Shown here piece by piece: positions 26,398-36,654 of a DNA stretch of 64,000 nucleotides. Each line of letters opens with the position of its first letter. The stretch's first letter is position 1. The stretch covers positions 19,838-83,837 of the forward strand of contig CAYRDC010000004.1 of assembly GCA_964422925.1 (NCBI GenBank). Direction: 5' to 3'. Position numbers and translations under genes: made by a program. The notes under the pieces are model-generated. The model saw nothing but the letters and a program-made list of their open reading frames with translations. It searched no databases and was not told where the DNA came from. This DNA is from an uncultured Chitinophagales bacterium. GTDB taxonomy: Bacteria > Bacteroidota > Bacteroidia > Chitinophagales > S012-47.

Positions 26398-27507
26398 TCA
26401 GAGCAATTTCTTGTACCCCTGGTATATACAACCTCCTATGGTATCCATTTTGGCTCCGGTGGCCGAAGAAAGGACATTCACTTCATTTTCTACCCGCAGC
26501 ACACCCATCAGGGCGATTAAAATGGCTTCCTTGAATTCGATGATATCCGGTTCGGGAAGTTCTACCGGAATCGGGGATAAGGCTTCAATACGCTCCACCA
26601 GGTACTTGTTAAATGCTCCACCCCCGGTAAGCAGCATTTTATGGTCTGGGCTTTTTTCCAGCTTTTCCCGTTTATAAATCACATCAATTTCCCGGGCAAT
26701 TTGTTCGGCAATATGTTCACAGGCCGTTTTCAATTTGTCAGTTGTCGGCAGGTCGAACCGGCTGAATATGGGTTTAATCACCTTGGCCACCCAGCCCCCG
26801 CTCAATGATTTGGGATAAAGTTTGTCAAAATACCAGCTACTGTTTAGTTCATCCAACAGCCGTTGGTCAATCATACCCGACCGGGCTATTTTACCATCTT
26901 CATCATAAGGTAAATCCATTTCATCCGCCAGTGCATTCAGCAGCATATTGACCGCGCAAATATCATAACCAATGATACGGTCTTCACTGACCTTGCATTC
27001 AATATTACAAATGCCTCCAAGGTTCAGCAAATGGGAATATTCCTTAAACAGAATCTGATCAGCAACCGGTGCAATAGGGGCTCCCTGACCTCCGGCTGCC
27101 ACATCTGTATTCCGGAAATTGGCAATCACCGGAAATCCCGTCTCAAAGGCAATGGCAGCCGGGTCACCAATCTGGCTGGTAAGTAAATTATCGGGCTGAT
27201 GAAAAATGGTCTGCCCGTGAGAAGCAATGAAATCCAGATTATCAGCAATGCCATTTTTGTCAATAAATTCAGCTACTACCTTGCCGACATAATGGCCGTA
27301 AAAAGTATGTGTTTTAATATAGGTAATGGCATTTTGAAGTGTAAGATTGGCCAATCTCAATTTCCATTTGGTAGGATAAGGAATGACTTCCTTGGCCAAT
27401 AATTCAAAATTCCAGTCTCTTTTTTCACCGGTAAATTTGCAAAATGCCAGGTCAATACCGTCCAATGAACTCCCTGACATGATCCCAATAACATTATAAG
27501 TCTTCAT
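26398..27507 (-). CDS. anmK: Anhydro-N-acetylmuramic acid kinase
   Basis: GIMSGSSLDGIDLA at the N-terminus, GGGAFNKYL, 369 aa. Confidence 0.9.
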   Translation of the reverse strand: MKTYNVIGIMSGSSLDGIDLAFCKFTGEKRDWNFELLAKEVIPYPTKWKLRLANLTLQNAITYIKTHTFYGHYVGKVVAEFIDKNGIADNLDFIASHGQTIFHQPDNLLTSQIGDPAAIAFETGFPVIANFRNTDVAAGGQGAPIAPVADQILFKEYSHLLNLGGICNIECKVSEDRIIGYDICAVNMLLNALADEMDLPYDEDGKIARSGMIDQRLLDELNSSWYFDKLYPKSLSGGWVAKVIKPIFSRFDLPTTDKLKTACEHIAEQIAREIDVIYKREKLEKSPDHKMLLTGGGAFNKYLVERIEALSPIPVELPEPDIIEFKEAILIALMGVLRVENEVNVLSSATGAKMDTIGGCIYQGYKKLL

Positions 27508-27746
27508 AGCCAGTTGGTTTTATAATAGATCACAGATATACCACAACATTTGCTCCAAGAGCGCCTGCTATCGCGTTCTTTAAAACCATTCAAGGACCAG
27601 GTATTCTTCCGGCCAGATGTTTTTTGAGGGTAAGTCTTAAGCGAACTTACAAGATACTAAATATTTTTGAAATAATAGCCGGGAAAATATATTTATCACC
27701 AGCTAATACAATGAATGAGGGGGAACGGGGCGGATTTAAACACTTT

Positions 27747-30104
27747 TTAACGCAACAGGGTAAGATTGCCGCGGTGGTGGATAATGTCTTTCCCGCAGCG
27801 CATCACAATAATATAAACATATACTCCCATTTCCTGGGGTCTTCCTTCAAAAGTACCGTCCCAGGATATTAGCGGGTCGTTCGTTTCAAACACTTTTTCT
27901 CCCCACCGGTTAAATACCTGGAAACTGATTAATTGGTTTTGGCCGAAATCAACCAGTCTTAATTCATCGTTCAACCCATCCCCGTTCGGAGAGAAGGCAT
28001 TGGGTATGTACAATTGGTCACAGATGGGAATCAGCTTTATGGTTACTTCGTCAGAGGCTTTGCAGCCGTTTTGTCCGGTTACCGTAATGGTGTAAGTCAT
28101 GGGTTGGGACGGTAAGGCCCAAGTATTCAGTTGGAACGGGTTTGTGACTAATGGATCCGGCTGCCAGTGATAGGCAACCCCGTTGGTAACAGCCCACAGC
28201 CATACGGAATCGCCATAATAAACCGCGGTATCCGGCCTGGCAGTTACTTCGGGAAGCGGCAAAACGGTTACTGTAACGGTAGCCGTGTCATTGAAGCAAT
28301 CATCCGATACATTTACGGTATAGGTTGTGGTAACCGGAGGCGAAACCCTTGGATTAGGATCGAAAGGTTTTAGCACACCTGCCTGCGGGCTCCATTCGTA
28401 ATAAAGCCCTCCCGAAGCCGAAAGCCTGGCAAAATCCCCGAAGCAAATAGTCGTATCGCTCGACACCGTGGCCTGCACAGGATTCACAATATTCACGGTG
28501 CGGGTAACCGTATCAAGGCATCCGTGATCGGTGCTGACTATCAGCGTGACCTGGTAAGTGCCGGCCTGCGAATAAACATGCGCGGGAAAGGAACCGAATT
28601 CAGGCGGACTCCCATCCCCGAAATCCCATTTCCAACTGGTTATGGTGCCAGAAGAAACCACACTGGCATCAGTGAATGGCAGTGGGGCATTCAAACACGG
28701 TGTGCCAAACTTGAAATCCGCGACCGGTTTCGGATATACTTCCACCTGCCGGGCTATCTGTTCTACACACCCGATGCTATTGGTAACCCGTAAGATCACC
28801 TGGTAGGTGCCGCCCTGCCCGTACGCATGCTGGGGATTGGGTATCGTATCAACCGTTCCATCCCCGAAGAACCATTCATACTTTGTGATTTGCCCGTAGG
28901 TGGTCTGGCTCAGGTCAGTGAATAATACGGGTTCATCCGGACAGGCAGACATTGCCTGAAAATCAGCTGTCAGGCTTGGATACAACTTCAATACCACTGT
29001 ATCCGTGTCAGAACAGATGTAGCCCGGATTGGCAATTAACCGGACAAGATATGTACCGGTATCAGGGTAAGTAAAAGAAGGCTCAAAAAGGTTCGAAGTA
29101 TCTGATTGTATGCCCGGCACGCCAAAATCCCAATGGAAATTGCTGGCCCCGACACTTTGATTGGTGAAACTCACATTAAAGTTACTGCAGTTATAGATCG
29201 TATCCTTGTTTCCGGGAGTCGGAATACTGGCCACCACAAGGGGGTTACAATTGGCAACATTGAACTGAAATTCCCTTCGGTGAATGCCCAGTAACACTCC
29301 GTTCCGGTATTCTTTTACACAAACACCAACCACGTATTGTCCAATCTGAGTGGGTGTACCTGTCAGTAAACCGGTAGCCGGGTCAATGCTCAAAGGAGGA
29401 TTAGCCGGCAGGGGGTTGGTTTCATTATATGGCGCTTGGTAGATCACTTTTGCGTAAGGTGGAGGGCTGGCAGGAATCGGCTGGGGCGCCAATTGGGAAC
29501 CGCCTGTGAAAGGAGCACACAAGCTGTACACCAGGGAATCCCCGTCCGGGTCCGTGGCGCTATGGTCGAAGGTCAGCGGTTCATAGGCACAAATAACGAT
29601 TGGAGGGAAATTATTAAAATAAGGACTGCTATTGCAAACTGCTTTAGCGGGATCCGGAATATGGGCCATGTAGGTCGCCCCTTGTGTATTGGGATTTACG
29701 AGGTTTATGATGGTTGAATTACGGCAGCATCGCTGATACACTGCATAATAACCACCTGTTGAAGGCGGCAGATTCACATTGAACGTGTAAATACCTTCTT
29801 CCACGCAAATATTTGGCGGTGCAATCATACAGGGATTACTGGTATTGACCGGTAGCGATGTGATGGTAGGATTATCCAGCAATTCAATATAGCTTCCACC
29901 AACAGCCGGAAAGATGAAAAGGTGGGCTGGCATATCAAATGGAGCGCCTCCTCCGTTGCAATCGCGGTAAACTTTCAGGGTGATCTGGTAATTATTATTG
30001 CCCGTACACTGGTAGCTGATCTCTCCACCTATGATATGGAAAGCCTCCATACGTGACAGCATGACCTGGGCTAAAATCCAGAAGAAAAAGATTATTCGCT
30101 TCAC
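27747..30104 (-). CDS. PKD-repeat surface protein with T9SS type B (gliding-associated CHU_C) sorting domain
   Basis: It has several WDFGDG / FGDG PKD repeats. The C-terminus is IPNAFSPNGDGLNDELRL...FNRWGEKVFE...WDGTFEGRP. It uses a GTG start. Confidence 0.85.
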   Translation of the reverse strand: MKRIIFFFWILAQVMLSRMEAFHIIGGEISYQCTGNNNYQITLKVYRDCNGGGAPFDMPAHLFIFPAVGGSYIELLDNPTITSLPVNTSNPCMIAPPNICVEEGIYTFNVNLPPSTGGYYAVYQRCCRNSTIINLVNPNTQGATYMAHIPDPAKAVCNSSPYFNNFPPIVICAYEPLTFDHSATDPDGDSLVYSLCAPFTGGSQLAPQPIPASPPPYAKVIYQAPYNETNPLPANPPLSIDPATGLLTGTPTQIGQYVVGVCVKEYRNGVLLGIHRREFQFNVANCNPLVVASIPTPGNKDTIYNCSNFNVSFTNQSVGASNFHWDFGVPGIQSDTSNLFEPSFTYPDTGTYLVRLIANPGYICSDTDTVVLKLYPSLTADFQAMSACPDEPVLFTDLSQTTYGQITKYEWFFGDGTVDTIPNPQHAYGQGGTYQVILRVTNSIGCVEQIARQVEVYPKPVADFKFGTPCLNAPLPFTDASVVSSGTITSWKWDFGDGSPPEFGSFPAHVYSQAGTYQVTLIVSTDHGCLDTVTRTVNIVNPVQATVSSDTTICFGDFARLSASGGLYYEWSPQAGVLKPFDPNPRVSPPVTTTYTVNVSDDCFNDTATVTVTVLPLPEVTARPDTAVYYGDSVWLWAVTNGVAYHWQPDPLVTNPFQLNTWALPSQPMTYTITVTGQNGCKASDEVTIKLIPICDQLYIPNAFSPNGDGLNDELRLVDFGQNQLISFQVFNRWGEKVFETNDPLISWDGTFEGRPQEMGVYVYIIVMRCGKDIIHHRGNLTLLR

Positions 30105-30290
30105 AATTTGCCTGATTCTACGTATTCCCGGTGGAAAAAACAGAAAATGTATTGGCTAAAATACAGAACCGTATCCGTAAAGAATACATTCCAAAAAAAG
30201 AACTCTTTCCGGTTTCACAGCAAATAGCTTGACTATCGGTTTAGAATTTACACAGAATTTACCTAACATTATTCCGAAAAAAACTGTCGT

Positions 30291-31412
30291 ATGGTTGTTC
30301 AGATCGAATCGGTTAAGACCCGGAAACAACTTAAAAAATTCATTTACCTGCCCGAAAAACTTCACAAGAACCATGCGAACTGGCTGCCGCCCATTTACAT
30401 GGACGAATGGAAATTTTACAATCCGCGTAAGAACCATGCCATGGCCCATTGCGATACCACCCTGGCCTTGGCCTATAAGAATGGAGAGCTGGTTGGGAGG
30501 ATTATGGGTATCATTCATTACGCATTTAATGAAACCTGGAACCAAAAAGACGGCCGGTTTTTTAACCTTGATTGCATCAATGACCAGGAAGTAGCCAATG
30601 CGCTGATTAAATATATTGAAGATTGGGCCCGGAGCAAAGGTATGGACCATGTGGTTGGCCCTTATGGTTTTTCTGACAAGGATCCCCAGGGTGCCATGGT
30701 CGAAGGTTTTGACAAACTGCCTGTGATATCGGCTGTCTGCAATTTCGATTACATCCCGGAACTTATCCAAAATGCCGGGTACAAACCCTATATCACCTGG
30801 GTGGAATACAAATTTCCCGTCCCTGACAAACTGCCGGATCTATATTACCGGGTGTATGACCGATTGATGCGACAGGGCAAATTCCAGATAAAAGAATTTA
30901 CCAGCAAGCGGGAACTAAGGCCTTATATCATTCCCGTCTTTCGCCTGATCAATGAGGCCTTTACGCCCTTGTATGGATTTGCAAAGATGAGCGAGGCGGA
31001 GATGAAAGCCCTGGCCCGCCAATACTGGCCGGTACTGGATCCCCGGTTTGTAAAGTTGGTCTTTCAAGAAAATGAGGTGGTGGGGGTGATCATCGGAATT
31101 CCGAACCTGACAGAAGGAATCCGCAAAGCCCGTGGCCGTCTGTTTCCTTTTGGCATTTTCACCATAAAAAAATACATGAAGCAAACCCGCCAGCTTGACC
31201 TCATTATAGGCGCCATTAAGGAAGATCTGCGCGGCCGGGGCATTGACGTCTTGCTGGGGAAACATATACTCGAATCCGCTCAAAAGGCAGGTTTTCTATG
31301 GGTTGACAGCCACCTGGAACTGGAAACCAATGTCAAGATCCGGGCAGAAATGGAACGAATGGGCGGTAAGATTGAAAAGTGGTTCAGGACTTTCCGGAAA
31401 GCAATTCAGTAA
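30291..31412 (+). CDS. Putative GNAT-like N-acetyltransferase family protein
   Basis: The N-terminus IESVKTRKQLKKFIYLPEKLHKNHANWLPPIYMDE matches, from memory, a conserved Bacteroidota family of about 370 aa annotated as N-acetyltransferase. I cannot point to a catalytic motif. Confidence 0.5.
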   Translation: MVVQIESVKTRKQLKKFIYLPEKLHKNHANWLPPIYMDEWKFYNPRKNHAMAHCDTTLALAYKNGELVGRIMGIIHYAFNETWNQKDGRFFNLDCINDQEVANALIKYIEDWARSKGMDHVVGPYGFSDKDPQGAMVEGFDKLPVISAVCNFDYIPELIQNAGYKPYITWVEYKFPVPDKLPDLYYRVYDRLMRQGKFQIKEFTSKRELRPYIIPVFRLINEAFTPLYGFAKMSEAEMKALARQYWPVLDPRFVKLVFQENEVVGVIIGIPNLTEGIRKARGRLFPFGIFTIKKYMKQTRQLDLIIGAIKEDLRGRGIDVLLGKHILESAQKAGFLWVDSHLELETNVKIRAEMERMGGKIEKWFRTFRKAIQ

Positions 31413-32199
31413 AGTCCATAAATGACCGGATGGATTGCAGTGTTTTTGCCGGGTCTTCCAGCATACCCATATGACCCGCCTGTTCCAACCAGGTAAATTG
31501 CACCACCGGGGGCAACGTGCATTGAACCAGGTTCTTGTCCGGGTCAATCAGCTTGTCATACCTGCCAATATGAATTAGTACCGGGCAGGAACAATGTCTA
31601 AGGGCTTCTTCACGGCTTTTGCGGGTTTTCATTGCCTGCAGGTAAGCGATAAAATATTCGGGAGGAACCGCTTCTACACGTTCAACACATTCCCGGACGG
31701 TTTCCGGGTGGGCCGAAGCAAAATGCTGTGAGAACAATCCCGGGATTGATTCTTTCACATAAGGCATGCTGCCATGCTTTTCCAAAAAGGCAATAGTCTT
31801 ATCCCGGTTTTTTTGTTTTCCGGGATCATCCCCAAACGGATGAGAATGGATGAGCCCCACCCCGGAAAGCGTATTCGGGATCAATGACAACAACTCGAGG
31901 GCGATGTATCCGCCCATGGAATGGCCGAGAAACACAGCGTTCTGGCCGGCCACATCATGCACAAATCCGGCAAAAAGCTTCCCCAACCTGGCCATAGTGA
32001 ATTCCTGTTTGAAACCCGGGCTTTCCCCGAAACCGGGCATATCAGGCACTATTACCCGGAAAGAGGTTTCCAGCCCACCCAGTAAGGGATTCCATATATT
32101 GTGGTCCAGGCCGAAACCGTGCAGCAATATCAGGGGCAGGCCATCGCCATAGGTCCGGTAGGCGGTTTCCAATTCGTCCTGCTTATAGATTTTTAACAT
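31384..32199 (-). CDS. Alpha/beta hydrolase
   Basis: LLHGFG oxyanion region and GHSMGG nucleophile elbow. 271 aa. Confidence 0.85.
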   Translation of the reverse strand: MLKIYKQDELETAYRTYGDGLPLILLHGFGLDHNIWNPLLGGLETSFRVIVPDMPGFGESPGFKQEFTMARLGKLFAGFVHDVAGQNAVFLGHSMGGYIALELLSLIPNTLSGVGLIHSHPFGDDPGKQKNRDKTIAFLEKHGSMPYVKESIPGLFSQHFASAHPETVRECVERVEAVPPEYFIAYLQAMKTRKSREEALRHCSCPVLIHIGRYDKLIDPDKNLVQCTLPPVVQFTWLEQAGHMGMLEDPAKTLQSIRSFMDFTELLSGKS

Positions 32200-32262
32200 T
32201 TACTTTTTTAAGCCGCTTGGAAATTCCCGCTAAATTCATGGATCTAAAATAATTCCTTTCTT

Positions 32263-35200
32263 ATGAAACGAATACTTTTCTTTTTCCTGACAATAAACTG
32301 CACCTTATTGGTTCGTTCACAGGGTACTTTCCCATACAACGGAGTGCAGGACATCCGGGATGTCAGTTACGCTTTTGTGCATGCTACGATCATACCCAGG
32401 GCAGGGGAACACCTGGACAACGCCACCCTGCTGGTAAAAAATGGCCTCATCCTGGACCTGGGCACTGATATTGAAATTCCGGAAAACGCGGTTGTCTTTG
32501 ACCTGAGCGGGAAATATATCTATCCTTCCTTTGTGGACCTGTGGTCAGATTACGGAATGCCTCAGCAAAGCAAGAAAAGGAATAAGCCGCGAAGGGGACA
32601 CGGCCGTCCCGGTCCACAACCCCTGAGCAATAAAAAAGGCGCTTTCGGCTGGAACCAGGCCATTAAACCCGAAATCCGCGGAGAAGAACTGTTCCACACA
32701 GATACAGCCAAGGCCGGGCGATACCGAAAAATGGGTTTTGGTACCGTGCTGACCCATGTTCAGGACGGTATTATGCGCGGCACGGGCAGCATGGTATTGC
32801 TGGCCAACCAAAGAGACAATCAAAACCTTATTATACCGGAAGCAGGGGCATTTTTCAGCTTTGACAAGGGAAGCTCCACGCAGAATTATCCTTCATCGCT
32901 CATGGGTTCCATTGCCCTGCTGCGGCAAACATTTTATGACGCTCAATGGTACGAAAAGGCGTCACAGTTGCCCGGGTCCGAGCGGAATCTATCGCTGGAA
33001 GCTTTGCTTCGCATCATGGATTTGCCTGCATTTTTCAGTGTAAAAGATAAATACTCCCTCCTTAGGGCCGATAAGATCGGTGATGAATTCGGTATCCGGT
33101 TCATCATAAAAGGGGCCGGTGACGCCTACCAGCTGGCGGATGCCGTGAAAAAGGCGGACGTGCCAATGATCCTGCCGCTTACTTTCCCAAAACCCTATGA
33201 CGTATCCGATCCGTACGATGCTGACCTGGTCAGCCTGGCGCAAATGAAACATTGGGAGATGGCACCCGCCAACCCCGCACTGCTCAGCCGGGAAGGGATC
33301 ACTTTTGCCCTGACTTCAGCCGGTATACAATCTGCCGGAGAATTCTGGAAAAACCTCCGCAAGGCGGTGCATTACGGGCTGGACCCGGACCTGGCCCTCC
33401 GGGCATTGACCGAAATCCCTGCCAGTCTCGCGCGGGCCGGGCAATACGTGGGTACGCTCGAAAAAGGCAAATACGCGAATTTCCTGATCACCTCAGGAAA
33501 CATTTTCAACCAGGACATCCTGATTTATGAAAACTGGGTCCGCGGGCAGCGCTATGTCATTAATGATATGAACCTGGCCGGCCTGTCCGGACCCTATGAA
33601 CTGACTGTAGCGGAGCAGGAACCTGTGCAGTTTGAACTGAAAATGAAGAAAAACAGGCTGCACGCCACCCTGACCAAGCCGGATACGCTGAAGTGGAAAA
33701 TCAAGGTCAGGGTTTCCGGCACACTGGTAAACCTTACGGTTGACCAGGGAGAAGGCCAGACGCATCATTACCTCCGGTTAAGCGGCTGGATCAAAGGCAA
33801 TGAGTGGGCCGGAACCGGTTCCGGCCCGGACGGGGAAACCTTTTCCTGGACAGCCCGCCAGCTGAGCGTGGCCGACCTGAGCGGCAAGCCGGACGAAAGC
33901 CCTCCGCCAACGCTGGGAGCGGTGTTGCATCCGTTTGTAGCGCACGGATGGACAGAACCGCCCAAACCGGAAACCATTCTATTCAAAAACGCTACCGTCT
34001 GGACCAATGAGGAGGAGGGCATCGTGGAGCATACAGACGTACTGGTGTCGGGCGGCAAGATACAGGCAGTTGGGCAGAACCTCGATGCCCCGGGGGCACG
34101 GGTTATTGATGCCACCGGCCTGCACCTGACCAGCGGCATTATTGATGAGCACAGCCATGTGGGTATTGCCGGGGGCGTGAATGAAGGCACCCAGGCCAGC
34201 AGTGCTGAAGTGCGTATTAAGGATGTGATTGACCCCTCAAATATCAATATTTACCGGGCACTGGCCGGTGGGGTCACCGCCCTGCATGCCCTGCATGGTT
34301 CGGCAAACCCCGTGGGCGGGCAAACCCAGCTGATAAAACTGCGCTGGGGCAGGCTGCCGGATGAGATGATTTTCAGCCAGGCTCCCCCTTTTATAAAATT
34401 TGCCCTGGGGGAAAATGTAAAACAATCCAACTGGGGCGACCAGTTTACCCAGCGCTATCCACAGACCCGGATGGGTGTGGAACAGGTTTATACAGACCTG
34501 TTTACCCGGGCCAGGGAATATGAAAAAGCCTGGCAGGCATACAACAACCTGCCGCGGAAGGAAAAGGAAAAGGCCATACCACCCCGCAAAGACCTGGAAC
34601 TGGAAGCCCTGCTCGAAGTACTGAACGGACAACGGTTCATTACCTGCCATTCCTACGTGCAATCGGAAATCAATATGCTGATCAAAGTGGCTGAACGCTT
34701 CGGTTTCCGGGTAAATACGTTTACACACATCCTGGAGGGCTATAAAGTGGCTGATAAAATTAAAGCGCATGGCGCGGGAGCCTCTTCCTTTTCGGATTGG
34801 TGGGCTTACAAGTATGAAGTGATTGAAGCCATTCCTTACAATCCGTCCATACTGGATAAAGTGGGGGTCATCACAGCCGTCAATTCGGATGACGCTGAAA
34901 TGGGGCGCAGGCTGAACCAGGAAGCGGCCAAAGCCATGAAATACGGGGGCCTGAGCCGCGAGGAAGCCTGGAAACTGGTTACCCTGAACCCGGCCAAGCT
35001 GATGCATGTCGACCAGTACACCGGCAGCATCCGGCCAGGCAAGGATGCCGACCTGGTGTTATGGTCCGATGATCCGCTTTCCGTGTACGCCATACCGCTT
35101 ATGACCCTTGTAGACGGAATCGTGTACTTTGATCGGGAACGGGAAAAACAAATGGAAGAATACATCCGGGCCGAACGGCAACGGCTCATAAACAAGATGT

Positions 35201-35298
35201 TGGCCGAACTGGCCAAAGGCACACCCGGGCAAAAACCAAAGCCGCTATTTCACCCGGAATATCATTGTAACGACATTGAAAGCGATTTTACGTGGTAA
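32263..35298 (+). CDS. Amidohydrolase family protein (large, 1011 aa, secreted)
   Basis: It has a signal peptide and the IIDEHSHVGIAGG HxH metal site. The C-terminus GSIRPGKDADLVLWSDDPL...VDGIVYF is typical of amidohydrolases. Confidence 0.8.
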   Translation: MKRILFFFLTINCTLLVRSQGTFPYNGVQDIRDVSYAFVHATIIPRAGEHLDNATLLVKNGLILDLGTDIEIPENAVVFDLSGKYIYPSFVDLWSDYGMPQQSKKRNKPRRGHGRPGPQPLSNKKGAFGWNQAIKPEIRGEELFHTDTAKAGRYRKMGFGTVLTHVQDGIMRGTGSMVLLANQRDNQNLIIPEAGAFFSFDKGSSTQNYPSSLMGSIALLRQTFYDAQWYEKASQLPGSERNLSLEALLRIMDLPAFFSVKDKYSLLRADKIGDEFGIRFIIKGAGDAYQLADAVKKADVPMILPLTFPKPYDVSDPYDADLVSLAQMKHWEMAPANPALLSREGITFALTSAGIQSAGEFWKNLRKAVHYGLDPDLALRALTEIPASLARAGQYVGTLEKGKYANFLITSGNIFNQDILIYENWVRGQRYVINDMNLAGLSGPYELTVAEQEPVQFELKMKKNRLHATLTKPDTLKWKIKVRVSGTLVNLTVDQGEGQTHHYLRLSGWIKGNEWAGTGSGPDGETFSWTARQLSVADLSGKPDESPPPTLGAVLHPFVAHGWTEPPKPETILFKNATVWTNEEEGIVEHTDVLVSGGKIQAVGQNLDAPGARVIDATGLHLTSGIIDEHSHVGIAGGVNEGTQASSAEVRIKDVIDPSNINIYRALAGGVTALHALHGSANPVGGQTQLIKLRWGRLPDEMIFSQAPPFIKFALGENVKQSNWGDQFTQRYPQTRMGVEQVYTDLFTRAREYEKAWQAYNNLPRKEKEKAIPPRKDLELEALLEVLNGQRFITCHSYVQSEINMLIKVAERFGFRVNTFTHILEGYKVADKIKAHGAGASSFSDWWAYKYEVIEAIPYNPSILDKVGVITAVNSDDAEMGRRLNQEAAKAMKYGGLSREEAWKLVTLNPAKLMHVDQYTGSIRPGKDADLVLWSDDPLSVYAIPLMTLVDGIVYFDREREKQMEEYIRAERQRLINKMLAELAKGTPGQKPKPLFHPEYHCNDIESDFTW

Positions 35299-35312
35299 AA
35301 AACAATTACCAA

Positions 35313-36599
35313 ATGAACAAGCATAAAATATTTTCCATAACTGCTTTGGCCGCTTTCCTGTTTTTGGCAACCCAGACCCGGTCCCAGGAGAAGCCGTTGA
35401 TCCTTTACGGAGGCACAGCCCATATCGGAGACGGCCGGGTAATAGAACATGCGGCCATTGGCATCGAAAACGGAATAATCACTTTTGTTGCGGATGCCAC
35501 CACCATCCGCATTGACACCAACAAAGCGAGTGTAATTGACGTGACCGGACAACAGGTGTACCCGGGGCTGATCGCCCCGAACACCACTTTGGGGCTGACC
35601 GAAATTGATGCGGTCCGGGCTACGCACGACTACCAGGAAACCGGAACCTACAATCCGAATGTCAGGAGCCTGATCGCCTATAATACCGACAGTAAAATCA
35701 TTCCCACGGTCCGGTCCAACGGCATTTTGCTGGCACAGGTATGCCCCACAGGAGGACGCATTTCAGGGACTTCATCCATCATGGCCCTGGACGGCTGGAA
35801 CTGGGAAGATGCCGCCTTTAAGGCGGACGATGGCATACACCTGAACTGGCCATCCCGTTTCCGGTTTACCGGCTGGTGGGCTCAGCCCGGAGGGATAGAG
35901 CCCAATGAGAAATACGACCAGCAGGTGGCCAACCTGGAGCGTTTTTTCAGTGAAGCCAGGGCTTATGCCGGAACCGCCAGCCACGAGGTAACGAATCTGA
36001 AATTCGAGGCCATGCGCGGCCTGTTCGACCACAGCAAGAAATTGTATGTTCACGTAAACCAGGCGCGGGAAATCCTCGCGGCCGTGGATTTTGCCCAGCG
36101 CTACGGCCTGGACCTGGTGCTGGTGGGAGCCCGGGATGCCTGGAAAGTGGCCGACCAATTAGCCAAAGCAAAGGTACCCGTGATCCTGGCGCCTGTGTTC
36201 CGGATTCCGGCCACAGCCGATGAGGATTATGACCAGCCCTATAAAACAGCCGCGATGCTGCAAAAAGCCGGTGTGCTGTATTGTTTAAGCCTGAAAGGAA
36301 GCTGGGAACAACGCAACCTGATGTTTGAAGCCGGAATGACCACCAACTGGGGCCTGAGCCGGGAAGAGGCGCTGGCTTCCGTCACGTCCAACACGGCCCG
36401 GATACTGGGCATTGACGACCTGACCGGGACCCTGGAAGAAGGCAAGCAAGCCAACATTATCGTTTCCACAGGCGACCTGCTGGATATGAAAACCAGCCAG
36501 GTTACCCTGGCATTTATCCGCGGGGAGGCCATTGACCTGTGGACTCACCAGAAAGAGCTCAACCGGATATACTTGGAAAAATACGGCCTGGATAAATAG
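35313..36599 (+). CDS. Amidohydrolase family protein (paralogue, about 428 aa, secreted)
   Basis: The ATG at 35313 gives a signal peptide. The C-terminus GTLEEGKQANIIVSTGDLLDMKTSQVTLAFIRGEAI has the amidohydrolase pattern. I did not see an HxH motif. Confidence 0.7.
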   Translation: MNKHKIFSITALAAFLFLATQTRSQEKPLILYGGTAHIGDGRVIEHAAIGIENGIITFVADATTIRIDTNKASVIDVTGQQVYPGLIAPNTTLGLTEIDAVRATHDYQETGTYNPNVRSLIAYNTDSKIIPTVRSNGILLAQVCPTGGRISGTSSIMALDGWNWEDAAFKADDGIHLNWPSRFRFTGWWAQPGGIEPNEKYDQQVANLERFFSEARAYAGTASHEVTNLKFEAMRGLFDHSKKLYVHVNQAREILAAVDFAQRYGLDLVLVGARDAWKVADQLAKAKVPVILAPVFRIPATADEDYDQPYKTAAMLQKAGVLYCLSLKGSWEQRNLMFEAGMTTNWGLSREEALASVTSNTARILGIDDLTGTLEEGKQANIIVSTGDLLDMKTSQVTLAFIRGEAIDLWTHQKELNRIYLEKYGLDK

Positions 36600-36600
36600 G

Positions 36601-36627
36601 AAAAGCCACCTTTTCCCGGTGGCTTTT
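36601..36627. terminator. Bidirectional rho-independent terminator between convergent genes
   Basis: A 10-bp stem pairs aaaagccacc (36601-36610) with ggtggctttt (36618-36627) around a 7-nt loop. The A4/T4 arms give a U-tract in either direction. Confidence 0.65.
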
Positions 36628-36654
36628 CTATGGGCCGTCTGAGGGTGAGGCCTG

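Noticed and set aside
27655-27675. A TAnnTTTG-like box (tatttttg) on the + strand in the spacer between the type B cargo gene and anmK.
   Set aside because: No + strand gene follows it. The only ORF there (27624-27872) overlaps the 3' end of the cargo gene and looks spurious. The match is expected by chance at this motif's frequency.
30156-30770. A 204-aa minus-strand ORF overlapping the start of the GNAT-like gene.
   Set aside because: It overlaps a 373-aa ORF with a conserved-looking N-terminus. It would also run through the divergent promoter region, and it has no motif.
34237-35007. A 256-aa minus-strand ORF, with neighbours 33768-34247 and 34836-35222, inside the large amidohydrolase gene.
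   Set aside because: These are antisense ORFs in a GC-rich gene whose sense frame carries clear amidohydrolase motifs.
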